Assembly (NCBI GenBank): GCA_965218435.1
Contig: CBDCKW010000009.1
Location: forward strand, 3,328,001 to 3,392,000
Reading direction: 5' to 3'
Origin: Truepera sp.
Lineage (GTDB): Bacteria > Deinococcota > Deinococci > Deinococcales > Trueperaceae
Length of the DNA stretch: 64,000 bases
The notes beneath the pieces are model-generated. The model saw only the letters and a program-made list of their open reading frames with translations. It was not told the DNA's origin and did not search any database. The translations under genes were made by a program, and so were the position numbers. Positions 53,350 to 64,000 of this stretch are shown here, one piece after another. Within the stretch, counting starts at the first letter, position 1. Each line of letters starts with the position of its first letter.

Positions 53350-53625
53350 TGAAAAGTAAAACACTCTATAGTAGGGCCTGTGGATAGTGTGGATAACTGC
53401 CGTTTAGCCTGTCTAAGACGGCAAAGTGCCTGTGAATAACTTTGTGGATAACTGGCCTTTGCCTGTGGATAAGTACCCGAGTTATCCACAGTTATCCACA
53501 GGCTCCAGAAAAGCAGGGTTATCCACAACTTTGTCCACAGCTTATCCACAGCTTATCCACAGAGTTATCCACAATTATTCGTGAGTGAAATATATAAAAA
53601 ATGAGTAAAAATGGCTTTTATGAGA
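53350..53625. other. Chromosomal replication origin (oriC), 12 DnaA boxes
   Basis: Boxes start at 53379, 53388, 53431, 53443, 53464 (reverse) and 53482, 53492, 53519, 53531, 53542, 53553, 53565 (forward). AT-rich flanks; lies between dnaA and dnaN. Confidence 0.95.
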
Positions 53626-53647
53626 TAGTCGCGGGATGCTACCAGGG

Positions 53648-54982
53648 TCACAGCAACGACCCCTTGACAGTTTGAATCTGCTCCTCGAGTGCGCGGTCTC
53701 GGGCAACTTGTTCGGTCACTTTTTGCACCGCATAAACAACGGTCGAGTGGTCCCGGCCGCTAAAAAACTGCCCGATTTCAGGGTACGAATGCGAAGTAAA
53801 TTCGCGCATTAGGTACATCGCCACCTGCCGTGGCAAAACGAGTTCATGCCGCCGCCCCTTTGAACGCAGGTCGCTCGCCTCGACTTCGAATGCAAACGCG
53901 GTCGCTTCTAAAATCTCGTTCATCGTCAAATTGAGTTCGCTCGGCGCGTACACGTCAGAGAGCGCGGCGGCGACCGTCTGCCGGTTGAGCTCGATCTGGT
54001 TCATGCTGGTATACAAAATGACGCGGACCAACGCTCCCTCGAGCTCACGAATGTTTGACGTCACCTGCCGAGCGATGTAGTCGATGACTTCCGGGGGAAT
54101 CTTGACACCCCGGTACTCCGCGTTCATCTTCAAGATAGCGATACGCGTTTCTAATTCAGGCGCTTGAATATCAGTAATAAGGCCCCACTCGAAACGGCTC
54201 CGAAGACGGTTCTCTAAGGTCGGAATGTCTTTGGGAGGCCGGTCTGACGATAAGATAATCTGTTTGTCCGACTCATAAAGCGCATTAAAGGTATGAAAAA
54301 ACTCTTCTTGGGTCCGCTCTTTACCCGCAATAAATTGCACATCGTCAACGAGCAGCAAATCGATACTGCGGTAGCGGTCACGAAACGCCGCCATCTTGTC
54401 TTCGCGGATGGCGTTGATCAGGTCATTGGTAAAGGCTTCGGTCGTAACGTACTCAATCGTGAGGTTGGGCAGACGTTCGGCGACCGCGTGACCCACCGCG
54501 TGCATGATATGCGTTTTGCCCAGCCCGGAGTCGCCGTAGATAAAAAGCGGGTTATAGGCGCGTCCGGGCGCTTCGGCGACCGCCAGGGCCGCTGCGCTCG
54601 CCAGATTGTTATTTTGCCCAACGACAAAGTTGGAAAAGACGTATTTGGGATTGAGGCGGGGGCGCGTTGCAGCAGGAGCAGTGTCAGCTGCGGTACCGGG
54701 TTTGAAAATATCGGGTTGCTCGGAGCTGGGAAAATGAACAACCTGAAACCCGACTCTCGGTGACGCTGCGCCAAGGTCTCTAAGGGCGTGCTCGAGCACC
54801 GGCGCGTAGTGGTTTTTAAGCCACTCCCGGGCAAACGAGTGCGGTACCCCGATCATAAAGATACCCTCATCAATGCCTAGCGGCCGCACCTGCTTAAACC
54901 AGGTCCGAAACTCGACCTCGGGAATCTGCGTTTGCACGTACTCGAGGATGTCCTCCCAGATGGCGTTTTCTTGCCTCAGCAT
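53648..54982 (-). CDS. dnaA: Replication initiator DnaA
   Basis: [39 protein letters not shown]. Confidence 0.98.
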   Translation of the reverse strand: MLRQENAIWEDILEYVQTQIPEVEFRTWFKQVRPLGIDEGIFMIGVPHSFAREWLKNHYAPVLEHALRDLGAASPRVGFQVVHFPSSEQPDIFKPGTAADTAPAATRPRLNPKYVFSNFVVGQNNNLASAAALAVAEAPGRAYNPLFIYGDSGLGKTHIMHAVGHAVAERLPNLTIEYVTTEAFTNDLINAIREDKMAAFRDRYRSIDLLLVDDVQFIAGKERTQEEFFHTFNALYESDKQIILSSDRPPKDIPTLENRLRSRFEWGLITDIQAPELETRIAILKMNAEYRGVKIPPEVIDYIARQVTSNIRELEGALVRVILYTSMNQIELNRQTVAAALSDVYAPSELNLTMNEILEATAFAFEVEASDLRSKGRRHELVLPRQVAMYLMREFTSHSYPEIGQFFSGRDHSTVVYAVQKVTEQVARDRALEEQIQTVKGSLL

Positions 54983-55160
54983 CGTGTCCTTTTCTTTACG
55001 CCTGCTTTTGGTACCCCGACTTGACCCACGGGCTTAGCGTGCGCCAGTCTAACAAATCTGCCACGGCCCCGTCAGGATTACCCGCTTGGCTAACGTTTTT
55101 GAGTAGGGGTCAGCTCGAGCTGACCTTGAAACCTCCTTTAGCCTTATAAGATAGAGGGTA

Positions 55161-57023
55161 ATGAACGCTTCTTTTGACGTTATCGTAATTGGCGGGGGGC
55201 ACGCCGGTACCGAAGCAGCGTGTGCTGCCGCGCGGTTGGGCGCGGCGGTCGCCCTCTGTCTGCCCAACCCCGATAAAATCGGTTTGATGCCCTGTAACCC
55301 GGCGATTGGCGGCCCCGGCAAGTCGCAGATGGTCTTTGAGATACATGCTCTTGGCGGCGTCATGGGCCGTCTGGCCGACGAAACGGCAATTCACGCCCGG
55401 ACGCTCAACGCCAGCAAAGGACCGGCAGTGCAGTCGCTCCGGGTTCAAAACGAACGAGACGGGTACGCAGCGGCGGCTCAGCGGCTGATCGCTGAAACAG
55501 CGGGCGTCACGCTGGTGTTAGGTGAGGTGGCTGCCCTTGATGAAGATGCAGGGGTGCTGCGCGGCGTAACTTTTGCCGACGGTCGCAGCTTGGGTGCGCC
55601 GAGCGTCGTCCTCTGTACCGGAACGTTTATGGCGGGCGTCGTCTGGTACGGCAAGCAGCAGCGTCCGGCCGGGCGGCAGGGCGAAGCCCCAGCGCGGCAC
55701 CTGTCGCGTAGCTTGCGGGCAACCGGCCATCTGTTACAACGCTTTAAGACGGGGACGCCCCCACGGATTCGCGCGGATTCAGTGGACTTTTTAGACCTCG
55801 AGACCGTCCCGGCTGACAACCCACCCGGTTCGTTTAGCGGCACGCCCGGTAAAGACGCGGCGAGTTCACCCACCTGGCTGACGCATACCACGCCCGCAAC
55901 CCACAGCTTGATTCAGGCAAACCTCGAGCACTCGGCGATGTACGGCGGCGTGATTCACGGCCAAGGTCCACGCTACTGCCCTTCGATTGAAGACAAGATC
56001 GTCCGTTTTTCGGACAAAGACCGGCACCTCTTATTTGTCGAACCCGACGGCAGCGGTACCAGCGAGGTGTACTTGCAGGGGTTCTCGAGTTCGATGCCGC
56101 CCACCTTACAAGATGAAATGATCCGTACGCTACCGGGGTTTACCCGCGCTCAAATTCAGCGGTACGCCTACGCGGTCGAATACGACGCCTTCGACGCCTC
56201 ACAACTCAGTGTGACACTGATGTCAAAAGTGTTGCCGGGGCTGTTTAGTGCCGGTCAGATCAACGGCACGAGCGGCTATGAGGAGGCGGCAGCTCAGGGC
56301 CTGGTGGCGGGCATCAACGCAGCGCGGTTTGCGGCGAATCAAGAGCTTGTTCAACTGCGGCGTGATCAAGGCTATATCGGGGTGATGCTCGACGACCTGG
56401 TACGCTGGAGCCTAAACGAACCGTACCGGATGCTCACCTCACGCAACGAATACCGGCTCTTGCACCGCCAAGACAACGCCGATGATCGTCTGTTGGAGGT
56501 TGGCCACGTCTGGGGTTTGCAGTCTGACGAAACGCTACAAAGGGCTAAAGAGAGTCAGGCTCGAGTCGAAGCCGAAGTTCTTCGTCTGGGCAAAACGCAG
56601 CTCGGCGGCGTAGCGGCGAGCAAAGTCCTCTGTCGTCCAGGGATAACCTACCGCGAGCTGGCAGCGCAGCTCGAGCCTCTCCCCTTTGAACTGTCAGTTG
56701 GAGAAGAGCAAAAAGTTGAAATCCAGATCAAATATGCGTCTTACATTGACCGTAGCCGCCGTGAGTTGGAAGCGCGTCAGGGGTATGAGCTGCTCAGCTT
56801 ATCGGGGTTATCGTTTGAGGGGATTCCCAGCTTGTCGCATGAAGGTAAACAAGCTCTGAAGCGGGCACAACCGCTGACCTTGGGCGCGGCTCAGCGCGTT
56901 CAGGGCGTAAGAGACAGTGATATAACTGCTCTACTTGTCTATTGTAAAAGCGGACAAAATAAAGGCCGACAAAATAAAAATGTTTCACGTGAAACATCGG
57001 TAGGAACGTTGATAGTTGGCTAA
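55161..57023 (+). CDS. mnmG: tRNA modification enzyme MnmG (GidA)
   Basis: GGGHAG, CNPAIGG, RFKTGTPPR, GPRYCPSIEDK, GQINGTSGYEEAAAQG. Confidence 0.97.
   Translation: MNASFDVIVIGGGHAGTEAACAAARLGAAVALCLPNPDKIGLMPCNPAIGGPGKSQMVFEIHALGGVMGRLADETAIHARTLNASKGPAVQSLRVQNERDGYAAAAQRLIAETAGVTLVLGEVAALDEDAGVLRGVTFADGRSLGAPSVVLCTGTFMAGVVWYGKQQRPAGRQGEAPARHLSRSLRATGHLLQRFKTGTPPRIRADSVDFLDLETVPADNPPGSFSGTPGKDAASSPTWLTHTTPATHSLIQANLEHSAMYGGVIHGQGPRYCPSIEDKIVRFSDKDRHLLFVEPDGSGTSEVYLQGFSSSMPPTLQDEMIRTLPGFTRAQIQRYAYAVEYDAFDASQLSVTLMSKVLPGLFSAGQINGTSGYEEAAAQGLVAGINAARFAANQELVQLRRDQGYIGVMLDDLVRWSLNEPYRMLTSRNEYRLLHRQDNADDRLLEVGHVWGLQSDETLQRAKESQARVEAEVLRLGKTQLGGVAASKVLCRPGITYRELAAQLEPLPFELSVGEEQKVEIQIKYASYIDRSRRELEARQGYELLSLSGLSFEGIPSLSHEGKQALKRAQPLTLGAAQRVQGVRDSDITALLVYCKSGQNKGRQNKNVSRETSVGTLIVG
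56981..56996. promoter_or_regulatory. parS site
   Basis: Perfect TGTTTCACGTGAAACA. Confidence 0.95.
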
Positions 57024-57612
57024 GCTCGAGGCATATGAAAAATACCGAGCTTTGCTCGTTCGTTATCAGAGTACACTCGACCTGATGTCGGCGCGGGCAG
57101 TTGCTGAGCTGGAGATCAAATGGCTCGAGGCACAAGCTTACGCTGACCTGCTCGAGCCTCGTCTCTCCCCTGCTGAGCGCATCTTAGATATTGGGTCAGG
57201 CGCGGGGTTGCCGGGTGTCCCGCTGGCGCTGGCTTTTCCAAACCATCAGGTGACGCTGGTTGAAAGGCGGAAAAAACGTGCCAGCTTTCTTAAATTGGTT
57301 GTCGGGCAGCTGAGATTGGAGAACGTTGCGGTCGTTTCAGATGATGTTCGGGCGTTTCAGAACGCACCGTACAACTGGATTTGTGCCCAAGCCGTTGGAC
57401 AATTCTCGCTACTTTACTGTTTGACGCGGCACCTTCACGCCGACACTGTGACGGTCGTCTCTCGACGTGGCGACCTCTCCTCTACTGAAATAAACGAGCT
57501 TACCAAGATCACCGGTCCTATTTTAGAGACGGTTCAGTCTCCCCTACCTACGCATGGTAAGCTCGTGGCACTAAAGCTTCAAGGAGGGCAGCGTTGCCCA
57601 TCGTCGGCGTAA
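57016..57612 (+). CDS. rsmG: 16S rRNA m7G527 methyltransferase RsmG
   Basis: [23 protein letters not shown]; between mnmG and parA. Confidence 0.9.
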   Translation: MAKLEAYEKYRALLVRYQSTLDLMSARAVAELEIKWLEAQAYADLLEPRLSPAERILDIGSGAGLPGVPLALAFPNHQVTLVERRKKRASFLKLVVGQLRLENVAVVSDDVRAFQNAPYNWICAQAVGQFSLLYCLTRHLHADTVTVVSRRGDLSSTEINELTKITGPILETVQSPLPTHGKLVALKLQGGQRCPSSA

Positions 57613-58352
57613 TCAATCAAAAAGGTGGCGTCGGTAAGACGACGAGCGCGATTAACCTCGCCGCTGCGCTAGCCGAAACGCGGCGGGTACTCCTCGTTGA
57701 TATGGACCCACAAGCTAACGCGAGCAGCGGCGTCGGCGTCAGGGGCGCAGAAAATACCATTTATGACGTCTTGATCGGTGACCTTTCCGCGCGGCGCGCT
57801 ATCACTGACACCGATACCGAAAACCTAAAAGTTTTGCCCGCATCTATGGAGCTGTCCGGCGCGGCGGTAGAGCTTGACGCCAGCACCGACAACATGAAAC
57901 TGCTGACCAAAGCGTTGATCGGTGTCAGGCCGAACTTTGACTTTATCGTCGTTGACGCGCCGCCCTCACTAGGCGCTTTGACCCTTAATGCACTTGTCGC
58001 TGCTGATCACCTTGTAATTCCCTTACAGACTGAGTATTACGCACTCGAGGGCATCGCCAGCATGATGGATACAGTCGAGCGGCTCCGCAGTTCACTCAAC
58101 CCTAACTTGAATATTTTAGGTATCTTACTAACGATGTTTGACAGTCGTACCCGTTTGTCGCAAGAGGTCGAAGAAAACGTTCGCAAGCACTTCGCCGAGC
58201 TTGTCTTTTCAGCAGTTATCCCCCGCAATGTACGTTTGGCTGAGGCTCCATCTTATGGTCAACCGATCTATGCTTACGCGCCTACCTCGTCCGGGGCACA
58301 GGCTTATCGTCAGCTTTCAGAAGAGGTGATTTCACGTGTCAGCGAAGCGTAG
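57594..58352 (+). CDS. parA: ParA/Soj ATPase
   Basis: [35 protein letters not shown]. Confidence 0.96.
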   Translation: MPIVGVINQKGGVGKTTSAINLAAALAETRRVLLVDMDPQANASSGVGVRGAENTIYDVLIGDLSARRAITDTDTENLKVLPASMELSGAAVELDASTDNMKLLTKALIGVRPNFDFIVVDAPPSLGALTLNALVAADHLVIPLQTEYYALEGIASMMDTVERLRSSLNPNLNILGILLTMFDSRTRLSQEVEENVRKHFAELVFSAVIPRNVRLAEAPSYGQPIYAYAPTSSGAQAYRQLSEEVISRVSEA

Positions 58353-59181
58353 TTTAGGACGGGGTCTCGACGCACTTTTACCTAAAGTCGAAAAAGAACG
58401 CGGGGTCGAACAACTTGCGCTCGATAAGCTTTCGGTCTCAGTCTATCAACCACGCAAACATTTAGACCCGGAAGGCATTGCCGAACTCGCCCGGTCGGTC
58501 GCGCAAAAAGGCGTGCTGCAACCACTGCTGGTACGCCCGAGCGGTGAAGGCTATGAGATTGTCGCGGGGGAGAGGCGCTTTCGGGCAGCGCAACAGGTAG
58601 GGCTCACGACGGTTCCGGTTGTTGTCAAGACCCTTAGTGACCGGGAAACCCTCGAGATTGCCCTGATTGAAAACGTTCAACGTGAGGATTTGAGCGCCGT
58701 TGAAGAAGCGCGGGCCTTTGCGCAGTTGCTCGAGTTCGGTTTGTCGCAAGAAGAAGTCGCCGACGCGGTAGGGAAGAGCCGGAGCGCGGTAGCCAACACT
58801 TTACGCTTGCTCCGACTTGATGAGGCCGCCCTGACTGCGCTCGATCAAGGCCAAATCAGTGCAGGTCACGCACGTGCGATATTGGCGCAGCCCCCAGAAG
58901 ACCAAGCGTGGGCACTTGCAATGGTCTTGGAAAACCAATTTTCGGTACGGCAAGCCGAAGGGCTCAAACGTCCGTCTCAGGGCGCTCAACTTAACCGAGC
59001 CGAGTCAAATAAGCTAAACGGTGAGGTCAAACGTGAGTATGGCGACCTCGAGCTCAACCTCTCACGTACCGTTGGGACGAAAGTCAAGGTGTCGGGGGGT
59101 AAACGGGGGAAAATCGAGCTTCACTTTGCGTCTCGAGACGAACTAGAACGGTTGCTCGAGCTGCTCAACTATCAAGCCTAA
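58336..59181 (+). CDS. parB: ParB/Spo0J
   Basis: [31 protein letters not shown]. Confidence 0.96.
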   Translation: MSAKRSLGRGLDALLPKVEKERGVEQLALDKLSVSVYQPRKHLDPEGIAELARSVAQKGVLQPLLVRPSGEGYEIVAGERRFRAAQQVGLTTVPVVVKTLSDRETLEIALIENVQREDLSAVEEARAFAQLLEFGLSQEEVADAVGKSRSAVANTLRLLRLDEAALTALDQGQISAGHARAILAQPPEDQAWALAMVLENQFSVRQAEGLKRPSQGAQLNRAESNKLNGEVKREYGDLELNLSRTVGTKVKVSGGKRGKIELHFASRDELERLLELLNYQA

Positions 59182-59196
59182 ACCATCCAACCACAA

Positions 59197-59212
59197 TGTT
59201 TCACGTGAAACA
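59197..59212. promoter_or_regulatory. parS site (extended 24-bp palindrome 59193-59216)
   Basis: ACAA-TGTTTCACGTGAAACA-TTGT. Confidence 0.95.
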
Positions 59213-59264
59213 TTGTCAAATACTGTCGCAAAAATTGTTGTTGGAAAGATTTGTTGTTGGAAAG

Positions 59265-60341
59265 CTAAGTACGGGACAAAAAGTGAATACAGAGAAGCAG
59301 GTCGTCATGCTTGAGGTGTAGATTCTTAAGCAGATGCCTGAGATAGTCAAGACTGTGACGGAAGAAAGACTTTTCTCTGCGTAGGTGAGACTTGATACGC
59401 AGAAGCTTTCGTTTGCTGTCGTGGAGCCATTCACCTACATGATGCGCCCAGGTAAAAGCCAGAGCCAAGAGGGTAAAAAGGGTATCGAGTTTATAAAGCC
59501 GAGTAAGGTGGCTAGCTTCAAGCTCAAAGCCGGTTGTTTTCAAGGCGGAAAAAAGCATTTCGATCTCCCACCTACGCTTGTAAACCACAAAGGCTTGAGC
59601 AGGCGCACGGTTGGTGACAACTATGAGGTAATCGCTACCAGAGAGCTTCATACCAGCGGCACGCAAGTTACAGCCGTAAAAGCCATAGCTATTGTTTAGA
59701 ACCTTGAGTTCGCCTATAGCTAAGTGGGCGAAAAGCGCACGAACGGGACACCAGTTGTCACATAGGCTGTCTTTACGGATACGAATGGCAAAAGGAACCT
59801 GGCGTTTATCCAGATAGTTAATCCAGGTTACTCCGATAAACTCCCTATCAGCCAAGAAAAACGCTACGTCTTTGGAGGCTATAAGCTCGAAAAAACATTG
59901 GAGCAGGCTGATACGTTCTTCACTAGATGAATTTCCACCTTTATTCAGAAACGACCATACGATAGGAAAAGCAACACCTCTATGGGCTATGGCAATCACT
60001 AGAATGTTGATGTCGAGGCTGCCAAACTGCCAGTTCGTGCGGTCAACGCAGACGGTGTAAGGCGGTGGTGGTAGCAAGTTGAGGATAAACTGAGCAACTT
60101 TCACCTTGTCTAAGCGTACTTCTGTAAAAAATCGCTTGATGCGACGGTACGCTGATTCTGGCTCCGCTCTACCCTGAAATGCTAAGCTCAGACTTACTAG
60201 GTTGACCGTCTTCTCTTGAATCAGTACGAGTAGCAACGTGCTCAGGCATGTCAGCCTTGCTCCATTCATAGGCAACTTTGCCGCTAGTATTTGTTTCAGG
60301 CTTGTCTTATGCTGATAATGGCTTCCACGAGATTCTTTCAC
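59265..60341 (-). CDS. IS4-family DDE transposase
   Basis: VDRT, ADREF and YREK signature YKRRWEIEMLFSALK; the stop codon lies inside the TIR. Confidence 0.93.
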   Translation of the reverse strand: MKESRGSHYQHKTSLKQILAAKLPMNGARLTCLSTLLLVLIQEKTVNLVSLSLAFQGRAEPESAYRRIKRFFTEVRLDKVKVAQFILNLLPPPPYTVCVDRTNWQFGSLDINILVIAIAHRGVAFPIVWSFLNKGGNSSSEERISLLQCFFELIASKDVAFFLADREFIGVTWINYLDKRQVPFAIRIRKDSLCDNWCPVRALFAHLAIGELKVLNNSYGFYGCNLRAAGMKLSGSDYLIVVTNRAPAQAFVVYKRRWEIEMLFSALKTTGFELEASHLTRLYKLDTLFTLLALAFTWAHHVGEWLHDSKRKLLRIKSHLRREKSFFRHSLDYLRHLLKNLHLKHDDLLLCIHFLSRT

Positions 60342-60393
60342 ACAGCTATTCTCGCTCAGGAAGCCTTTTTCCTTTGATTTGTCCCGTACTTAG
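59265..60393 (-). mobile_element. Complete IS4-family insertion sequence (1129 bp)
   Basis: Perfect 16-bp TIRs CTAAGTACGGGACAAA (59265-59280) and TTTGTCCCGTACTTAG (60378-60393); 9-bp TSD GTTGGAAAG at 59256-59264 and 60394-60402. Confidence 0.95.
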
Positions 60394-60479
60394 GTTGGAA
60401 AGATATAGTCAAACGCTGAGAATCGTCGGTGCTAGGCGGCGTTAAGGTGCTACAGTGCCGTTACTGAAAGGATAACTAC

Positions 60480-61466
60480 ATGGACAAACCTGTAAAAGTA
60501 GCTGTAACCGGAGCTGCAGGGCAAATTGGGTATTCGCTGCTGTTTCGTATCGCTTCGGGCGAGATGTTGGGCAAAGATCAGCCCATAATTTTGCAGCTGC
60601 TGGAGATCACTCCTGCACTCGGAACCCTTAACGGGGTAGTGATGGAACTCAACGACTGTGCGTTTCCACTTCTACATAGCGTAATAACCTCAGACGAGGC
60701 TACGGTTGCTTTTAAGGATGCTGACTACGCGCTGCTAGTGGGCTCGAGACCCCGTGGACCCGGGATGGAGCGAGCTGATTTGCTCACTGCCAACGGTGCT
60801 ATCTTTACTAAGCAGGGGAAAGCCTTAAACGACGTGGCCAGCCGTGACGTCAAAGTGCTCGTGGTCGGCAACCCTGCTAATACAAATGCGCTGATTGCCA
60901 TGCACAACGCACCCGACCTTAAACCCGGGCAGTTCAGCGCGATGACCCGTTTGGACCACAACCGCGCCGTCGCGCAGCTGGCTCAAAAAACAGAAAACGC
61001 CGTTAAAGACGTTGAAAAAGTCATTATTTGGGGCAACCACTCGTCAACTCAGGTACCCGATATCGCTCACGCCACCGTTGCCGGGAAACCTGCCCCTGAC
61101 CTGGTAGACGAAACTTGGGTTCAAAACGACTTTATGCCGACCGTGCAAAAACGAGGTGCGGCGATTATCGAAGCGCGGGGGTCCTCGAGCGCAGCTTCAG
61201 CCGCGTCAGCGGCGATTGACCACATGCGCAGCTGGGTTGAGGGGACACCGGAAGGCGCGTGGACGAGTATGGCGATTCCCAGTACGGGTACTTACGGTAT
61301 TTCTAAAGACGTGATCTACTCGTTTCCGGTTGAGATTCAAGCAGGCAGCGTGACGGTTGTCGAGGGGCTGGAAAACTCGTCTTTTATCCAGGAAAAAATG
61401 AAAGCGAGCGAGAAAGAGTTGCTCGAGGAACGCAGCGCAGTCGAGCATTTGCTGACCCCTTCATAA
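60480..61466 (+). CDS. mdh: Malate dehydrogenase
   Basis: [33 protein letters not shown]. Confidence 0.96.
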   Translation: MDKPVKVAVTGAAGQIGYSLLFRIASGEMLGKDQPIILQLLEITPALGTLNGVVMELNDCAFPLLHSVITSDEATVAFKDADYALLVGSRPRGPGMERADLLTANGAIFTKQGKALNDVASRDVKVLVVGNPANTNALIAMHNAPDLKPGQFSAMTRLDHNRAVAQLAQKTENAVKDVEKVIIWGNHSSTQVPDIAHATVAGKPAPDLVDETWVQNDFMPTVQKRGAAIIEARGSSSAASAASAAIDHMRSWVEGTPEGAWTSMAIPSTGTYGISKDVIYSFPVEIQAGSVTVVEGLENSSFIQEKMKASEKELLEERSAVEHLLTPS

Positions 61467-61583
61467 ACTCCTCGCTCATAAGCTCTTGTTGTAACCGCTG
61501 TCAGACAAGTTGTGTAGCTTTTTGAGCACTTGTGCTAAGCTTTTAGGTAGCTGAGATGATGTCTGCGGGTATGAGGTGAGCGT

Positions 61584-62039
61584 GTGATCAAGAAAGGCGG
61601 AAAACTGAGGGAGACGCTGCAAACGCACGGGTTGCGTTACAGCCGACCGCGTGAGGTCATCTTGCGCTATTTTAGCGAGCGTGACGTTCACGTCAGTGCC
61701 GAAGAAGTTCATCATGCGCTTAAAGACCGTGGCGAGAACCTCAGTTTGTCAACGGTCTACCTCAACTTAGGTGTCCTAAAAAATGCCGGACTCGTCCGCG
61801 AATTCGGCGGCGTCGGGGGTGAGGCGCTTTACGACTCAAACGTCGGGCCACATCATCACCTGATTTGCACTTGCTGCAACCGCGTGCTCGACCTGCCGGA
61901 TGTTGCGGTCGCCGGAACCACCCTTTCGGCGCTCCTTAAAGCTCAGGCAACCTCGGTCTCGGACTGGCAAGTAGAGGAACCAAGTATCGGCTTGCAGGGC
62001 GTTTGTCCCGAGTGTCAAGCTGAGCAAATAAAAATCTGA
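61584..62039 (+). CDS. Fur/PerR family regulator
   Basis: HVSAEEV, STVY, HHHLICTCC, GVCPEC. Confidence 0.9.
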   Translation: MIKKGGKLRETLQTHGLRYSRPREVILRYFSERDVHVSAEEVHHALKDRGENLSLSTVYLNLGVLKNAGLVREFGGVGGEALYDSNVGPHHHLICTCCNRVLDLPDVAVAGTTLSALLKAQATSVSDWQVEEPSIGLQGVCPECQAEQIKI

Positions 62040-62274
62040 GCGAAGTTCTGTAATTAAGCTGTTCTCAGCGGCCTTTATCCGGGCCGTTTTTTAATTTTTA
62101 CCGTTAGCGACGCCTACTGCCAGATACGGGTTTAGAGGTGCAAAGCCAACTCCGTTTAATGGAGAGATGTACCCTTGTACCCATGTAGTCGAGATGCTAA
62201 AATTACAACGGGTTGTGAAATGCCGCACGAGAAGTTCTAGGCCGAATGTTCTGGTGTGAAAGGGGCCGAATACC

Positions 62275-62622
62275 TTGTACTTAAATCTACTGATCATGTT
62301 TCTCGCCGCCGGTTTAATCGGCGCTTTGGCACTTTTGGTCGGCGGTGTCCTCGGACCGAAAAAAGGTTCAGAGACGAAGTTGGCCGCTTACGAATCGGGG
62401 ATCGCCGCGTCAGGTAGTGCCCGTGAACGTTTCCCGGTTCATTTTTACCTAGTAGCGATGCTCTTTATCATCTTCGACATTGAGACGGCATTTTTTTACC
62501 CGCTCGCTGTTCATTTCAAAGCGCAGCCCCAGTTTCTCTTTGTTCAAGCGATTATTTTCGTCGTCGTGCTCGCTGTCGGCTATCTCTATGTTTTGCGTAA
62601 AGGCGTACTCAACTGGCGTTAG
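62275..62622 (+). CDS. nuoA: NADH-quinone oxidoreductase subunit A
   Basis: YESG, FYLVAMLFIIFDIE, KGVLNW. Confidence 0.95.
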   Translation: MYLNLLIMFLAAGLIGALALLVGGVLGPKKGSETKLAAYESGIAASGSARERFPVHFYLVAMLFIIFDIETAFFYPLAVHFKAQPQFLFVQAIIFVVVLAVGYLYVLRKGVLNWR

Positions 62623-62644
62623 GCGCTAGAAAGCAGGTTAAAGC

Positions 62645-63181
62645 GTGGCCCTTCAAGACCTATTTACTCATGATGTACAAGAGCTCGAGAACGAAGGCAT
62701 CTTATTTACCACCTTGGAAAAACTCGTCGCCTGGGGGAGAAGCAACAGCCTCTGGCCGGTCACCTTCGGGTTGGCATGTTGCGCCATCGAAATGATGCAG
62801 TCCACCAACGCCCGTAACGATATGGCCCGTTTCGGTTCCGAAGTCTTTCGCGCGTCACCGCGCCAAGCTGACGTGATGATCGTCGCCGGTCGGCTATCTA
62901 AAAAGATGGCTCCGGTGCTGCGGCGCGTTTACGACCAGATGCCCGACCCCAAATGGGTGATCTCGATGGGCGCGTGCGCGTCGTCGGGCGGGATGTTTAA
63001 CAACTACGCGATCGTGCAAAATGTGGATACGGTCGTCCCGGTAGACATCTTTGTCCCAGGGTGCCCGCCGCGCCCTGAAGCGTTGATCTTTGGCGTCATG
63101 CAGCTGCAGAAAAAAGTCCGGGGTGAGGCGTTTGACAGCGGCGGTAACGAGCTGCCGATGGTGCAAGGGTGGCGTCCCTGA
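62645..63181 (+). CDS. nuoB: NADH-quinone oxidoreductase subunit B
   Basis: [24 protein letters not shown]. Confidence 0.97.
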   Translation: MALQDLFTHDVQELENEGILFTTLEKLVAWGRSNSLWPVTFGLACCAIEMMQSTNARNDMARFGSEVFRASPRQADVMIVAGRLSKKMAPVLRRVYDQMPDPKWVISMGACASSGGMFNNYAIVQNVDTVVPVDIFVPGCPPRPEALIFGVMQLQKKVRGEAFDSGGNELPMVQGWRP

Positions 63182-63810
63182 TGGCTCTGGAGCAGATGGT
63201 TGAAAAACTCAAGGCGATGGGCGGTAAACCCGCGCAGTTTAAGGATATGGTCAGCGTCACAGTATCTAAAGGTAATCTCGTGGACGCAGTTGCCGAGGCA
63301 AAAAAGCAAGGGTTTGAGATGATCTCCGATGTGTTCGGGACCGACTACTTGAGCTATCCGGGGCACCAGGGGAAACGTTTTACAGTGTCGTATAACCTTT
63401 ACAGCATCGCGCAAAACGAGCGGCTCTTTATCCGGGTCAATATAGACGACGGGGAGACGCTTCCGACGATTACCGGCCTTTGGCGGGGCTCGAGCTTTAT
63501 GGAACGTGAAGTCTTCGATATGTTTGGCGTTGAGTTTGAAGGTCACCCCGACCTGCGTAAGCTCATCACGCCCGAAGACCTCGACGGCCACCCCCACCGC
63601 AAAGACTTTCCGCTCGGCGAGACCCCCACGCTCTTTAACGACGGGCGCTTTATTGACCCGGCTGCGTTTCGGGCAGGGATGAGCGGTGAGGACTCGGGGT
63701 TGTCAGGGTGGCGCGGCGGCGCACGTAAAGGGGCAGGCAGTCAGACGACTGGCCGGGATCAACAGACCGATCCCCAACTCCACAACACGTCAGGAGAGAG
63801 TGGACAATGA
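63181..63810 (+). CDS. nuoC: NADH-quinone oxidoreductase subunit C
   Basis: [27 protein letters not shown] overlaps the nuoB stop. Confidence 0.95.
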   Translation: MALEQMVEKLKAMGGKPAQFKDMVSVTVSKGNLVDAVAEAKKQGFEMISDVFGTDYLSYPGHQGKRFTVSYNLYSIAQNERLFIRVNIDDGETLPTITGLWRGSSFMEREVFDMFGVEFEGHPDLRKLITPEDLDGHPHRKDFPLGETPTLFNDGRFIDPAAFRAGMSGEDSGLSGWRGGARKGAGSQTTGRDQQTDPQLHNTSGESGQ

Positions 63811-64000
63811 CGATCGGACAAGCGGGTGCCGCTCCGGGTGCGACCGAACAAGACACACCTGAAACCGGTGGTCAAGACTTTCAGACCAAATATATGCGGA
63901 TCAATGTCGGGCCGCAGCACCCGTCCACGCACGGCGTGTTGCGCCTCGTGGTTGATTTAGACGGTGAGCGCGTCGCCAAAATTGTGCCGCAAATCGGCTA
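63807..64000 (+). CDS. nuoD: NADH-quinone oxidoreductase subunit D (3'-truncated)
   Basis: Hand translation from ATG 63807 gives ...[23 protein letters not shown]. Confidence 0.93.
   Translation, partial: MTIGQAGAAPGATEQDTPETGGQDFQTKYMRINVGPQHPSTHGVLRLVVDLDGERVAKIVPQIG

Noticed and set aside
53295..53549. 84-aa ORF across oriC
   Set aside because: It is a translation of DnaA boxes (LWIT, YPQ repeats).
58328..58343. parS-like GATTTCACGTGTCAGC at the parA/parB junction (weaker similar ones near 34582 and 47012)
   Set aside because: Only about one half-site matches.

Overview
Origin region of a Deinococcota chromosome. The assignment rests on the dnaA-oriC-dnaN-eno-pyk order with divergent mnmG-rsmG-parA-parB, a double-OB-fold SSB, an SLH/beta-barrel SlpA and many leaderless-looking genes; a Truepera-like lineage is inference only. 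Content is mostly housekeeping: pcrA/uvrD, minDE, hpf, thyX, rlmH, trpF, the rplU-rpmA-obgE-nadD-yqeK-LCP-rsfS-yraN run, tRNA-Ala(GGC), dnaK-grpE-dnaJ, rpsF-ssb-rpsR-rplI, mdh, a Fur/PerR regulator and the start of nuo. There are two perfect parS sites and one intact IS4 element with 16-bp TIRs and a 9-bp TSD. The main unexplained signals are: (1) the palindrome CTCGAG is highly iterated (about 147 copies by hand count). It also forms an 18-bp perfect palindrome in the dnaA/mnmG promoter region and abuts DnaA boxes in (2) a second DnaA-box cluster about 30 kb from oriC, which together suggest a possible methylation-linked replication control; (3) an AddAB-like operon with a translationally coupled metallophosphoesterase between the subunits; (4) a probable AUA start for rsfS; (5) a perfect extra Shine-Dalgarno in the slpA leader; (6) a frameshifted desaturase. 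All calls are by eye, with no database searches.
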